DNA from: Chrysomallon squamiferum
Taxonomy: Eukaryota > Animalia > Mollusca
Length of the DNA: 64,000 nucleotides
Assembly (NCBI GenBank): GCA_012295275.1
Contig: CM022673.1
Coordinates: forward strand, 10,974,001 to 11,038,000
Direction: 5' to 3'
Shown here one piece after another: positions 50,518 to 64,000 of this stretch (its first letter is position 1; every line of letters begins with the position of its first letter). A program made the position numbers and the translations under genes. Under the pieces are notes generated by a model. The model did not search any database and was not told the origin of the DNA. It was given only the letters and a program-made list of their open reading frames with translations.

Positions 50518-51874
50518 CTAAAATTTAACGAGACCGGTTACTTCATAACGTTCCCCTAATTTTGGCAGTCCGTACTTTTTCAAGATGGCGTTAGCCTCGA
50601 TTCTGCTTTCAGGTGGTATGGCGCGCTTTGTGTCTTCTATCAACATCAGCTTCGCTCCTCTTTGCCGGTCAACTTTGAAGGCGTCCAGAGCTAGGTTCAG
50701 GTATTCCTTGCGTACGTCCAAGAGGTCAAAGAGAACTGAACAGCTCTGACGAGCATCCTTCATAAGATCTTCAAATATGATGGGAAGAACGGGATAACCT
50801 TTCTCGCGACAGTCGTTGCAGCGTGACACTGCTGCCGCCCATGCCGCTGTGTAGATGCCAACGGAGGAGATTTTGGAAGGTTTCAACGATGCGATCTCCT
50901 TCTCGTTGACTTTGGTGTAGTTGTCGTAGACGATTGTTCCTAAAGAAAGGCAGAACGGTGGACATGACGTTGTTGTCCATAATGAAGCGCATGGCGTTGG
51001 ACGCGGGGTGCATCTGGTGCACGGCTAGATAGGAAGACACTGTTTTTAGACTGTTTCTGTACATGAAAATTGTTCTGATTTTGGGAAACATCATCATGAT
51101 GTCTTCCATCAGCCTCGTCGCACACGGTCTGGTCTTGACGCAGACGATGCCAGCGTGGTCGTCCGGTTTGCAGAGAATACGCACTGCACTAGCTAACAGC
51201 TGTTCGTACTCTCCTTGCTGCAAGGACTTGTTCTTTTTCAGGAAGCCGAGAGTCGTGACGACGTCGGGCTCTGCGAACAGCGCCATTCCGGGAATTCTTC
51301 GAAATACGTTGCTAAGCAACGTCGAACCGCAGTGACCGGTGCTGGACAACCATATCACCGGCACTCTAGGATTGCCGACGTCGGAAGCGATTTTGTGAAA
51401 CGACGCCAACGGCATCGTGATGACGCGGACAGCTTTCTCGAACTGAATCTGGTACAGCGGCAGGTTCTTCTGGTTTTTCGTGATGTTCATGTCTTCTGGC
51501 GTTTCTACGAACACGACTTCCTCTTTCGTCATGCAGTACAAAGTCACGTGAGGCTTCAGAACGTAACTGGGATGTTTAAAGCCTTTGTGAAGCGTGATAA
51601 AGTTACTCGGATCCGCCACCAGCATGGGAAGAAATTTTCTCCTCCAGTATATTTCCGTGACATGCGCACTTTGCTTGAAATTCAAACCTCGTTTTGCGTC
51701 TCTTCTTGTTCTTACGACTCCCGTGACAGCCCAAGTGAATTTCTGAAACGTGACAACCACGGAACGAACAAAGCAGTAAAATAAGTAACCCATTACGTGA
51801 AGTACGTAATCTCTGAACATGTACATCGTCTTACTGATGTTTTCTAGATGGTTCGTTTCCCCAGGCTGATCCAT
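50518..51874 (-). CDS. Uncharacterised PAPS-dependent sulfotransferase-fold protein (about 450 aa), intronless CDS with one frameshift near 50935
   Basis: 5'-PSB-like loop IWLSSTGHCGSTLL, 3'-PB-like IFMYRNSLKTVSSY and a downstream IIFEDL motif in the second ORF (50518-50886). The N-terminus has a hydrophobic segment. The two track ORFs join at FFR/TIVYDNYTKVNEKEI. Confidence 0.8.
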
Positions 51875-53534
51875 CTTGCTTTGTTTGTGTAGTTTATAAA
51901 GAGAAAAAAATTCCAAAAATATTTTCGGTTTCCGATTATCAAAGTAATAAATCAAATTACAAAAGAAAAATCACATTAAAAAAAAATAACAATGTAACAG
52001 TGGAATATATACAACAAATGCTAACAACAGAATCACTGAGTATAATCCACTGATTATATTATACTGGAATAGAATTTCAACGAGAAATGAGAAACATATG
52101 TTATTTTTCAATTTGTGTTGTTCGAAAATGGTATTTCAAAACGGACGGAAAACAGCACAGTAAAACACAGATATGAAACTTTTCGTCGTAAAATAATGTT
52201 TTGTTGTTTTTGTTCTGCTATAGTCAGGAACACATTAAAGTGATATCACCAACTTCACCGTCTCCTGTGACTTTCTTATCCATGCGTTATTAGTGATTAA
52301 TTTATATTACGTCCATCGAATTCCTACAAGAGTTGTCTTCCTTTTCCTTAGGTGGGGTCTGAAACAAATAAAATAAAATTTTTGAATATTTACTACGGTA
52401 TTACATTTTCTTGTTATAAAAATAAACAGTTAACAATCCTTCAGAATAAAAAATAAAAAAATTCGATATTAATTTTACTAGCAAATTTACTTCAACGTGA
52501 GATTCCATTCTAACAAAAATATCTCACAGCGGTGACAGCTTCCGGTTAGCTTCGCGCTTTTTTTTTTTTAATTCAGACGCCGAACGTTGCACTGGTTTTC
52601 TGAAACAGATTATAAAGCAGGTGTGACGGAGTGTCGTGTGAAACAGGTGCATTAGTTACTGTGTCGCCTGGCGGGGTTCTGAGAAAAAGAAACGGACAAA
52701 AAGTCCGTTCTATTCATCGTTTTAATCTTTTCATTCAGTGCGAAGTGACATGCGATGCTGTTGTGGTGATGTGCGCACACATCAAACTTTCCCGAAACAT
52801 AAACAGAAGAACATGTTTTTTTTCAATGACCTTACTTAGCCGAGTCATATTTTATTCTGATTAAAGAAAAAAAATATACCTGGCTTGATATTCGGAAAGC
52901 ATGAACGAAAAGGCATCATTATATTATTTTAGTATTATGCCCTTTTTATTTATAATAATACGAGGGCATTTGGTGCCCCCGATCGACCTTCAGATATGCT
53001 CTCCAACCCTTTACAGAATGTTTTGATAAAAATAAATGCAGTAACTCCAATATATTACTGTCGATTAACTCCACATTTCGAAATATTATAAACTCTCATT
53101 TTATGGTTTCATAACATCATTCATGGAAACAACTAATTTATTATTATTATTATTATTATTACCATACAATGAAGTACATGGCGACTATGTTTTGTCTTGT
53201 GAGTAGTGCCAGCCTTGTTTATAGTTTATTGATTTTGATGTTAAAGTCTGTAATATATTGATTTCTTTTTCTTTCTTTTTTTCATCCTTTGGTGTGTTAT
53301 AGTAAAGACTACTTTATCAGTTTAAAGTTAAACTATATTTAATATAATTTTATGTGTTTTTAATTTTTAATTTTTTTTTAATTTTATTATTATTATTATT
53401 ATTTTTTGGCGTTATGATGATAACAGAAAGGTACCCGTCATCACAAGTCTTTAGACTGTTTATTATAAAAAAACAAACACCCAACGAATATTTTACATAT
53501 AAGCTCCCACTGAAATGAGAGCCCTACCATAGCC

Positions 53535-53577
<43 letters not shown>

Positions 53578-54121
53578 ATCAGTCGTAGGGCAGTGGTTGG
53601 AAAGGAAAAAAGTAAAAAGTTGAACAAAGAAGGATTTATTCTGTGACTCATCTTAAACTCTGTTTCCCACTTCTGTTTTTCAAAAAGGTATTAGTTTATT
53701 TTTCTTTTATCTTTTTCTTCTTTTTTTCTTTTTCCTATCTTTTTTTTTTTTTTTTTTTTTTTTTTTATATAGGAACAGTTGTCAGTTTATTTATATACCA
53801 TTCATATTGTGAAGTGCATTATCTATTAATTTCAAGCGGGACTAAAATTTATTGGTGGGTGGTTTACTTTGAAAAGGGAAGTAATTTCTGTTTTTTTTAA
53901 TAGATAATAATTCTTCTTTTATCACGTATGACACTCATACTTGTGTTATTGTACAATGTATTTTCTCGTGAATATAAAAATAAACTATGACGTCATGATG
54001 TATTATTGTTTTATTATTAGCAAAGGTTGATTGCTAATAAAACATCTACATGGCAGAATAAAGATTACATATAAGATTCTACAGCTATATGATACATTCG
54101 AAAATAAATTTGTTAAGCAAT

Positions 54122-54245
<124 letters not shown>

Positions 54246-54463
54246 AAATAAAAATTAAAAAAGAATTTTTTTCATTGCACGGAATTTAAACCCGTAAACA
54301 GAATTAGTGGCTTGCAGATATTTCAAGAAACAGACATTTAACCGAACGGATAGTGATGAATTACATGTGATATTGTGACATATGGTAATAACATTAACAC
54401 AACATTAAATACACTTGAATACTATCCACCGTTCTGTTAATTCGATTTATTTTTCTTCCTTTT

Positions 54464-54523
<60 letters not shown>

Positions 54524-54889
54524 TCTTTGCTTAAGGGGATTTTTCAAACTAAGATATGTTATAAATCTTTAAATGCTAAATAAATATTTATATCTATATA
54601 AAATAAATTTAAAAAAAAATATTTTAATCGTTTTCAGTAAAGACACTGCACTTGAATATAACGATTTTCTAAGTGCGGAGATTCTTACGCAAAAAAATAT
54701 ATATTTGGTGATGGTATTTTAGTAGTAGTAGTAATCGTTTTCAGTGTATGTTGTTAGACACTGCACTTCAGCAGTAAAATGAAGAAATTAATTGCAATAA
54801 TATTTCTAAGTTGTAGTAGTAGTAGAGATTCTTACGCAATCAAAACTATCACCAGAACAACAATAAACAACAGTGGTGGTGGTGATGGT

Positions 54890-54968
54890 ATGGTAGTAGT
54901 AGCAGTAGTAGTAGTAGTAGTAGTAGTAGCAGCAGTAGTAGTAGTAGTAGTAGTTGTTGTAGTAATAC

Positions 54969-55000
<32 letters not shown>

Positions 55001-55052
55001 ATAATACTAGTAATAGTAGTAGTAGTAGTAGTAATAGTAGTAGTAGTAGTAA

Positions 55053-55092
<40 letters not shown>
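54890..55092. repeat. (GTA)n microsatellite
   Basis: Direct inspection. It explains the poly-Val ORF 54779-55204. Confidence 0.95.
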
Positions 55093-55808
55093 TATAATAA
55101 TAATTTTAAAATGTATAACGATATATTCATTTAGGGCTACCTGTATTGTAACACTATACTGGAGCGCGTATATTCACCAGACAGGTAAACTGATAGCTGT
55201 ATGAAATTAACTTGCAGCCGGGTTTGTGTATTCTTGTGTAAACAGTTAATGATTAATTGCTTTAGTTCGTGTTTATATATATATGTATTTTTTTATTAAA
55301 AAAAAAAAAAAAAAACAAAAAAAAAAAAAAAAAAAAAAAAAACAGGTCGGTAGTTATTTGCCTTAGGCATAATTCCCTCGGAATATGTCATATTTTTAAT
55401 TCGCTCTCTTTGAAATCATATTATCATTTCCAAATTTGCAGCAACATACTTGTTGAATCTTCAAAAACGTAAGCCTCACACACACACGCGCGCACGCACG
55501 CACGCACGCACGCGCACTAACACAGATTTACTCACACCCAAAACACGTTCTTGCACATACGCATAAACGCTCACAACAATATCGTAACAAACTATATTAG
55601 AAATTAAAATAAATAATCGCATGTAGCCAATCTATGGAAGATAAGTTACATTTTAAAATTTATAATTAGAAAGAAGTCAGCTTTTTTTTCAAATTAATGG
55701 AAACAGTCATATACAGAAGTATAGACAGACTGAGACAGATAAACAGACAAACAGATGAATAGATGGATAACTCGAGTGACATACAAATCCACTGATGAAT
55801 AGACAGAC

Positions 55809-55846
<38 letters not shown>

Positions 55847-55955
55847 CAAATATATTGACAGATAGATAACAGGTAGAGATTTATTGTTAGATATATAGAC
55901 AGACAGATAGAGGGAAAGCACACACATACACAAGTTTAACAACAACAACAACAAC

Positions 55956-55995
<40 letters not shown>

Positions 55996-56431
55996 GGGCT
56001 GTTATTTAGAAAACTTGCTCAGTGTAAATCATACAATACTGTGCGAGCCCGTTAATCCGAATAAAAACAGTGAAGAGCAGCAAAACCCGCCAGTTTGTCT
56101 GTTCGAAACGACCTCTTGACATGCAAAGAGATCTAACACGAATAATGATATTTAACATCCACTTTTATTTAACTTTTTAAAATATCTTTCTCACACTGTG
56201 AAAACGAAATCTGTCTAACTATACTTTAAAAAAAAATAAAAAAATAAATAAATAAATAAATTGATATAAATTATTAAATATAACAGTTACAGAAATGAGA
56301 ATTCCCGCTCAAAAAAAAAAAAAAAAAAAAAAAAAAGTTTAATAAAAGATCATACAGTTTTAGAATTATAGATTTAGTTTTAAATGGTTATTAAAGGATT
56401 TTAAGTACAGGGTTAAAATAATACGACTTAC

Positions 56432-56581
56432 CTTTTAACTGTGGGTCTAGTGTTGAAGTGACAGAATGCCGCGTGGGTGACTGTACAAACTATCGATGTT
56501 TTAGACAGGACAATTTACCGAGACTCGTGTTTACACAAGGACGTACATGTGTGTCGCGCGGCCTGCTTGAAGTGTTTTATA
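56432..56581 (-). promoter_or_regulatory. Candidate TATA promoter and non-coding first exon, probably of the sulfotransferase-like gene
   Basis: TATAAAA at 56581-56575, a CpG-rich stretch, then a strong AAG|GTAAGT donor at 56431. A matching acceptor (tttatttgtttcag) opens an exon at 52358 that runs into the CDS. Confidence 0.5.
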
Positions 56582-56597
56582 AGCCACCAACCTAATT

Positions 56598-56645
<48 letters not shown>

Positions 56646-56921
56646 TGTGTGTTTTTAAGAACGACGTAAACGGCATTTAACCTATACATTTTTATCATGC
56701 TAAAATCGTAACCTAGATTTCGTTGTTTCTCGTTTTATTACTGGATAAAGATAGTGCTTTGAAATTTATTACTACAGTCATGTAAACCGACGATTTTCCC
56801 GCGTGCCCTTATTCCAAAGCATTGCCGGATTAACTACAGGTTTTGCAGGAAAAAGATTCTGTCTCCTTGTAATATGTGCGTCATAAATATAAACGTATAT
56901 GAAGAAGCATGGACTACATAC

Positions 56922-56975
56922 CATGGTCGTAACTATATTAAGGCAAATGAGGCAAATTGACGATTTTTATTTTGG

Positions 56976-57026
<51 letters not shown>

Positions 57027-57157
57027 TTAATTTATTGCGATGAATGAATTCGTTTATGTCTACGGCTCCCATATCCCTCGCCCAGACTTTTAAGCCCCGC
57101 TCTGCTCGGCGTTAAGCGTTTTTGCCTCATTTCAAAAAGAGTCAAATTACGGCCATG
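56922..57157. mobile_element. MITE-like non-autonomous DNA element
   Basis: Imperfect terminal inverted repeats CATGG(T/C)CGTAA(C/T)T and subterminal inverted AAATGAGGCAAA blocks, flanked by direct CATAC repeats (56917-56921, 57158-57162). Confidence 0.6.
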
Positions 57158-57279
57158 CATACGTAGTTAAATTATGCGTATAATTAATTTATTCACTGTA
57201 TATCAATACTGGATTAATAATGATATATTCTGTTGATTAATTTTATCGGAATTGTTAAAGTTATGAAAAAAAAAAAAAA

Positions 57280-57315
<36 letters not shown>

Positions 57316-58026
57316 TTTAAAAATCGCTTTATTTTATTTTAGTTTTTCCTCGTCTTAGGAAAAGGGTGCATAACAAGTTATGTTAAGTTAGGGGGGGTCC
57401 CGGACAAAATAACAAATATATTAACAAGAAGAATGATTGACGTGGTCGACACGCCTGACTAACCTATAAAATTATTACTTTATGATATATCACTGATGCA
57501 AAACGACGTATGCTTATTCGCTATGCCAATTTTTATATATATTTTTTTATATTATAAATCGGTATCAATTTAAATGAAAAAAAAATTGTGAAAGTCTGGT
57601 AATTTAAAATAGGTCATAAGCAAAGAGCCCCCAGTGCGTTGGCCGCAATTTTGATTGGTTAATTCGTATATTAAAACGAGGCGTTAGTGTGTCAAAGTTT
57701 TCCGTATGGCGGCCCTGGTTAATGGGCGTGACATGGAAATTAAGCTGAATTTAATCGTATGTGATTCATTTGAGAATGAAGTAAAAATGGGGTCGCTGAG
57801 GTAACATTTTAGGGAACCATGAGTCATTGTGAAAAAAAAAAAAATAAAAAAAAAAAAGTAATAATAATAATATAAATAAGATGCAATAAAAAGTTATAAA
57901 AATTCATACATGCACGTATAGTAATAAATTTGTTTTATAATAATAATAATAAATAAATAAATAAATCAATAAATCAAATGCAATAAAAATGCATATAAAT
58001 TCATACGCACACATTTATTATTTTTC

Positions 58027-58077
<51 letters not shown>

Positions 58078-58959
58078 GAAATAAATAAATAAAATGAAAT
58101 AAAATAACTAAAGCAGTAATTATTTGAAGAAAATCTAAAAAAATAAATAAATAAATAAATAAATAAAATAAATAAAATAAATAAAATAAATAAATAAATA
58201 AATAATGCTAATAGTTGTGACAGAGGCTAGAATAATAGTACAATAGTACAGTAGTTGCAGTAGAGGTGGTAGTAGAAGTAGCACTACTAGTATTGGTCAC
58301 ATTTAGTGATAGTAGTCGTAGTAGTAGTAGTAATAAAAGATACTACAGGATTTCTTCACCTAGATATTCAGGTAAACTGAAAAAAATGTGATGGTTCAGA
58401 GATAAGACAGGTAACAATGTTTATCTTGCTTATTAACCTATATAATATAAACTTGCGGCTACCTTTCAGTCACGGTTATGGTTCTATTTTACCTTTTAAT
58501 AATAATAGTATTACTACTACTACTAATGATAATGATGAGATGATGATGATGATGGTGATGATTTATATTAATAATAACACTACTTTGAGAATTAGAACAA
58601 GAAGATGAAGAGGACGAATAAGTAATAGTAGTAATAGATGTAGTCTTAGTGTAGTGATAGTTATAATAATAATGTTTTGTGATAGTATTAGTTGTAGTAG
58701 TAGAGGTAGTGTAGTGTAGTAGAAGCTGTAATAGTAGTCTTAGTAGTAGCTGTAGTAGTTGTAGTAAACAAATAAATAATTATAAAAACTTAATAATTTT
58801 AAAAATGTTCAGTCGATACAGTTATCTGACGAAATTGTGGGCATGCTTGAGCATTTATCTGATAGACAAATACAGAAAATTACATTTACCATGTTATTTA
58901 TTCACCTTTTTCTTCTCGGCAGTTAGAACGTATTAAAATTTATTTTTATACATCTAGTT

Positions 58960-59105
58960 TCGCATAGGCAGGATATACCAATATACTATACTGATTTTTA
59001 TACGTCATTCGTGAGGACCTGGCTAGATCAGGAAATCAGCTGGAATGGAAGATAACTCCATTTGAATTGATCCTGCGACTATCATCGATCAAGTGATTGC
59101 TGTGT
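58960..59105 (-). mobile_element. Highly decayed SINE remnant
   Basis: Blocks cataggcaggata, gctggaatggaagataactc and gaattgatcctgcgac are collinear with the 11.4-kb copy. Confidence 0.4.
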
Positions 59106-60037
59106 TATTAATACATGTATATGCATCCAGCTCCTTGAAAACCACGATATATAACTGTCTCTATGTGGGTCAAAATATTATGTGTGTCTACTGCCGATAT
59201 TTTCAATAAGAAAATATAATAATTATATGCTATACGTATGAAGGGTATGTATTGAAACATACACTACATTTGTTTTTTGTTTTTGTTTGTTTTTGGGGAA
59301 GTCTGTTATATTTTTAGTATTAAGCTTCGTTTCAAGACTTCAATATAAATTCTAAAGAATGACTTGGTTACTCTTTTCTTCTTCTTTTTTTTTTATTTCG
59401 CAATAATAGTCTGTAGTCAAAATTACTATTTTTGTATTTACACACAGTCCTTTTTATCATTGTTATTCAACTCCAGTATTATTCTTTTAAACACAAACAG
59501 TCACACACAGAAGAAGAAAAAAAGAATAACTATCATTGGAATGGAATAGAAAAAAATTAACGTGATAATCAGAGCAAGCTGTTGTGAAGCACGTCCTATC
59601 ATTGCTCGTAAATCATTTTAAATACAAACGTTTCTAAACAAGATTAAACATTTCGAGTTGTCAGTTTTGAAGTTTAGTTTGTCCGTCTCGGTCTGAAAAG
59701 GCAAAAAGAACAAAACAAAACAAAACAAAACAGAGATATTAAGTACGTACCTCTGGTTTCTCACTTTGAGTGTTTTGACTATATACACACTTAGTGATAG
59801 CAATCGCTCAGTTTTACAAAAAAAAGCTCTGTGCTCTTCAAAGAGGGCGGAATAGCTGGAGCATGCGCTGTGTCAACACTGCCGGTTGACGTTGACACGG
59901 GAACTTGTTTGACGTAATCATAATGTACAAACACGTTAAGAAAACCAGTTTTGTGCAGACGTTTCTGAGGAAAAAAAAGTCGACATACAGGACTGGCATT
60001 TTTTCTTCTTCTTCTTCGTGTGTGTGTGTGTGTGTGT

Positions 60038-60120
<83 letters not shown>

Positions 60121-60313
60121 GATATGCAATAAAATATTATCCACGGTTAAGCTGAGACATTGTTTTTAAAAAAGGCACTGTATAAACAGTTTATAACACA
60201 CATCTCTACGGGAAATACAAATGTTTTGCCCAGAAAAGACAAACTTGAACATTTGTTGTGACGGAAATATCCTACGTAGGGATTTTATTTAAAATAATAT
60301 ACACGAACAGCAG

Positions 60314-60696
60314 TAAAACCAGTTTCGAATAGACATCTTTAATGAAATTATATTGCAATACTAAAACCAGTTTCGAACAGACATCTTTAATGAAATTATA
60401 TTGCAGTACTAAAACCAGTTTCGAACAGACATCTTTAATGAAATTATATTGCAGTACTAAAACCAGTTTCGAACAGACATCTTTAATGAAATTATATTGC
60501 AGTACTAAAACCAGTTTCGAACAGACATCTTTAATGAAATTATATTGCAGTACTAAAACCAGTTTCGAACAGACATCTTTAATGAAATTATATTGCAGTA
60601 CTAAAACCAGTTTCGAACAGACATCTTTAATGAAATTATATTGCAGTACTAAAACCAGTTTCGAACAGACATCTTTAATGAAATTATATTGCAGTA
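60314..60696. repeat. 48-bp minisatellite, 8 nearly identical copies
   Basis: Unit TAAAACCAGTTTCGAACAGACATCTTTAATGAAATTATATTGCAGTAC starting at 60314, 60362, 60410 ... 60650, with no spacers. Confidence 0.97.
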
Positions 60697-61298
60697 TCCA
60701 CGACACGCAGGCTTGAACATAAACATCATCATCATCATCTTTAATAAATATTTACATTTATTATTATCATCATTAATGATTAACTATTATTATTATTTAC
60801 TACTACTGCTATTAGTATTAGTATTATGTAGGCTTTTTTTCTCTCTCTCTCTCAGTATTTTGTTTTTCATTTGTTTGTTGTTTTTTGTAGGTTTTTTTTT
60901 CTTGATTGTTTGTTTGTTTGTAGTTTTGTTGGATTTTTTGTTTTGTTTTGTTTTTTGTTTCTTTGTTTGTTGTTAAATCGTATAACAGATGGAAGTTATT
61001 CAAAATAACAGACAACAGTAAAACAAATGTGCAAACCATTTCACTAGGGGAATCGTGCTTGTGCTTGTGGAAGAATTAATTGTCTAATAGTTTTGTCTTT
61101 CATACCTTTTCCCATTCTCTGTCTCTCTCATGCCCTTTCCCTCTCTCTTACTCTCATTTCTGTTTTTCTCAGTAATCTCTCTCTACTCACTTATAAGTTT
61201 ATCTTTCGCATTCTTTCTCGCCTTTTCTGAATTACTTTCCTTTTTTCCGTTATTCTGCATTAATCTCTTCTTTTTTTTAAATAATTTCTTTTGGTCTT

Positions 61299-61333
<35 letters not shown>

Positions 61334-62135
61334 ATTTTCAATCCTTGGATAATTTTCTTTAATGCAAAAACATTTTCACAAGAGCAAATCTATTTTAAGA
61401 CTGAATCTTTGGTAAAGATTTTAGAAAATTTGATAACTCAGTGGCTATAGGATTTGTGTACTGATCAGAGATACACTAATGAGTAGATGAAAAAGAAAAC
61501 GTTACCACAGGACTCATTCATTTGTAGAGTTGTGCGCCAGGGAGTGATGTTTATGCTATGTACCATTTAAGTTTATGCGTTTTATTTTCTTGAAGGATGT
61601 AGCGATAATAATCTTAAAATACAGAAAGATTTAAAGTGGCTTATTTTTGGAAAAATCCAGTTAAATTATTTAATTAAATAATTAATTAACTCATATATAT
61701 ATATTTATTTATTTTTTGGGGAATGACGATAAAATTAATCAGACGAAACTCGCTGTCATCATTCATAATGCAAATACTGCTCTATGCACTTTCCCCTACA
61801 AAATCTCGTTCTCTATCGCCGTACATGAAACATATAGTGACGTGAATATAGTCCAGGTCATTGATCCTGCCAACATTTATTCATGTTTACATAATCATAG
61901 AGAACCATCTAAGACGATTATAATTCATTTTATATTTAACCAATCGAATGAAAATTAAATTATGTCAGCCTTGAGAATTTAGGTGTTTGTTATATTCAAA
62001 ATTATCATTATTCATTTGCAAATGATTCAGATATAATGATCAGTTTGAAAAAATATATATATATATTTTTTTTTAAATGTATTTATGGGTCGAGGACCCT
62101 TTTTATTTATTTATTAATTTTTTTTTATTTAAAAC

Positions 62136-62202
<67 letters not shown>

Positions 62203-62290
62203 TTTACTTAAATGTTTTGTCCCTTCCCGACGTTTTGAAAATTCATCTTTTAATTATAAAAATGACAAACCATCAGTTTATTTTACTATT

Positions 62291-62321
<31 letters not shown>

Positions 62322-62719
62322 GATAATAATAATACAAAACACAAAACATACAACAAACAACGACTAATAAAGTATAACCTTTTATCTTTTCTTTTTAAAA
62401 AGTAAGAAAAAAGTTAATAAAACGTGATACTGCTAACTTGGAGAACGACTAAAAAGAGGACAACAGAAAAGAAAAGAAAAGAAAAAATCAAGAAGAGGAA
62501 GAAAACCAACGAATAAATTTAAACATATAACTGAAATGTACTCATTTACCTTTACAAATGTTTATATCTAATTATATATAAACGAATTTACCTTTATAAA
62601 ACTATAGAAACCCTTTTTTATCTTTTATTTTCTTTTTTAAATTACCAAATACCTGTTATTTCATCTACACCTACCAATTAAAATATCGTGATATTAATAA
62701 CACAAAAGAGGATTGCACT

Positions 62720-63844
<1,125 letters not shown>

Positions 63845-64000
63845 TGATTTTATTACTCTTAAAAAAATTAATAAACCACCCTTTTAGCGCCCCTCTCTTA
63901 TCCATGCTCGAATGATGGCAGTTACATCGGGACGCCATGTTAATTGCGGTCTTTATCAGTCCATTGTTTGCTCATTAAACACTGGGAACAGACATTTTTA

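Noticed and set aside
50940-51784. Overlapping ORFs 51215-51784, 51063-51335 and 50940-51125
   Set aside because: They are alternative-frame or antisense shadows of the GC-richer sulfotransferase-like CDS, with no recognisable motifs.
60314-60696. CRISPR-like array, or repeat proteins from ORFs 60272-60706 and 60342-60716
   Set aside because: Units are head-to-tail with no unique spacers, there are no cas genes and the context is eukaryotic. The ORFs follow from a 48-nt stop-free unit.

Overview
AT-rich, microsatellite-dense animal genomic DNA with spliceosomal introns. It looks like a mollusc, probably a gastropod; this is inferred from repeat content only. Three protein-coding loci are supported. 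(1) A minus-strand ARHGAP21/ARHGAP23 (PAC-1/RhoGAP19D) orthologue with PDZ, long low-complexity linker, PH, RhoGAP and long C-terminal tail. I reconstructed 20 coding exons by hand from 27866 to the stop at 8147, about 2,150 aa, all with GT-AG boundaries. A probable start exon (MAGK, 41771-41863) and a probable promoter/non-coding first exon lie near 46.1-46.2 kb. One exon (17495-17626) is 1 nt short and frameshifted. (2) A minus-strand PAPS-sulfotransferase-fold gene (50518-51874) with an intronless CDS, split by one frameshift. (3) The first coding exon of Par-3/PARD3/bazooka on the plus strand (63695-63820), which the ORF track missed. A possible first exon of a fourth gene lies near 1 kb. 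Intergenic and intronic DNA holds decayed tRNA-derived SINEs, a MITE-like element with a 5-bp target duplication, several minisatellites and a 188-bp duplication bracketing a PDZ exon. I see no CRISPR array, rRNA, intact tRNA or autonomous transposon. The most interesting observation is the divergent neighbourhood of two cell-polarity genes, PAC-1-like RhoGAP and Par-3. I cannot support a wholly new biological system from this sequence.
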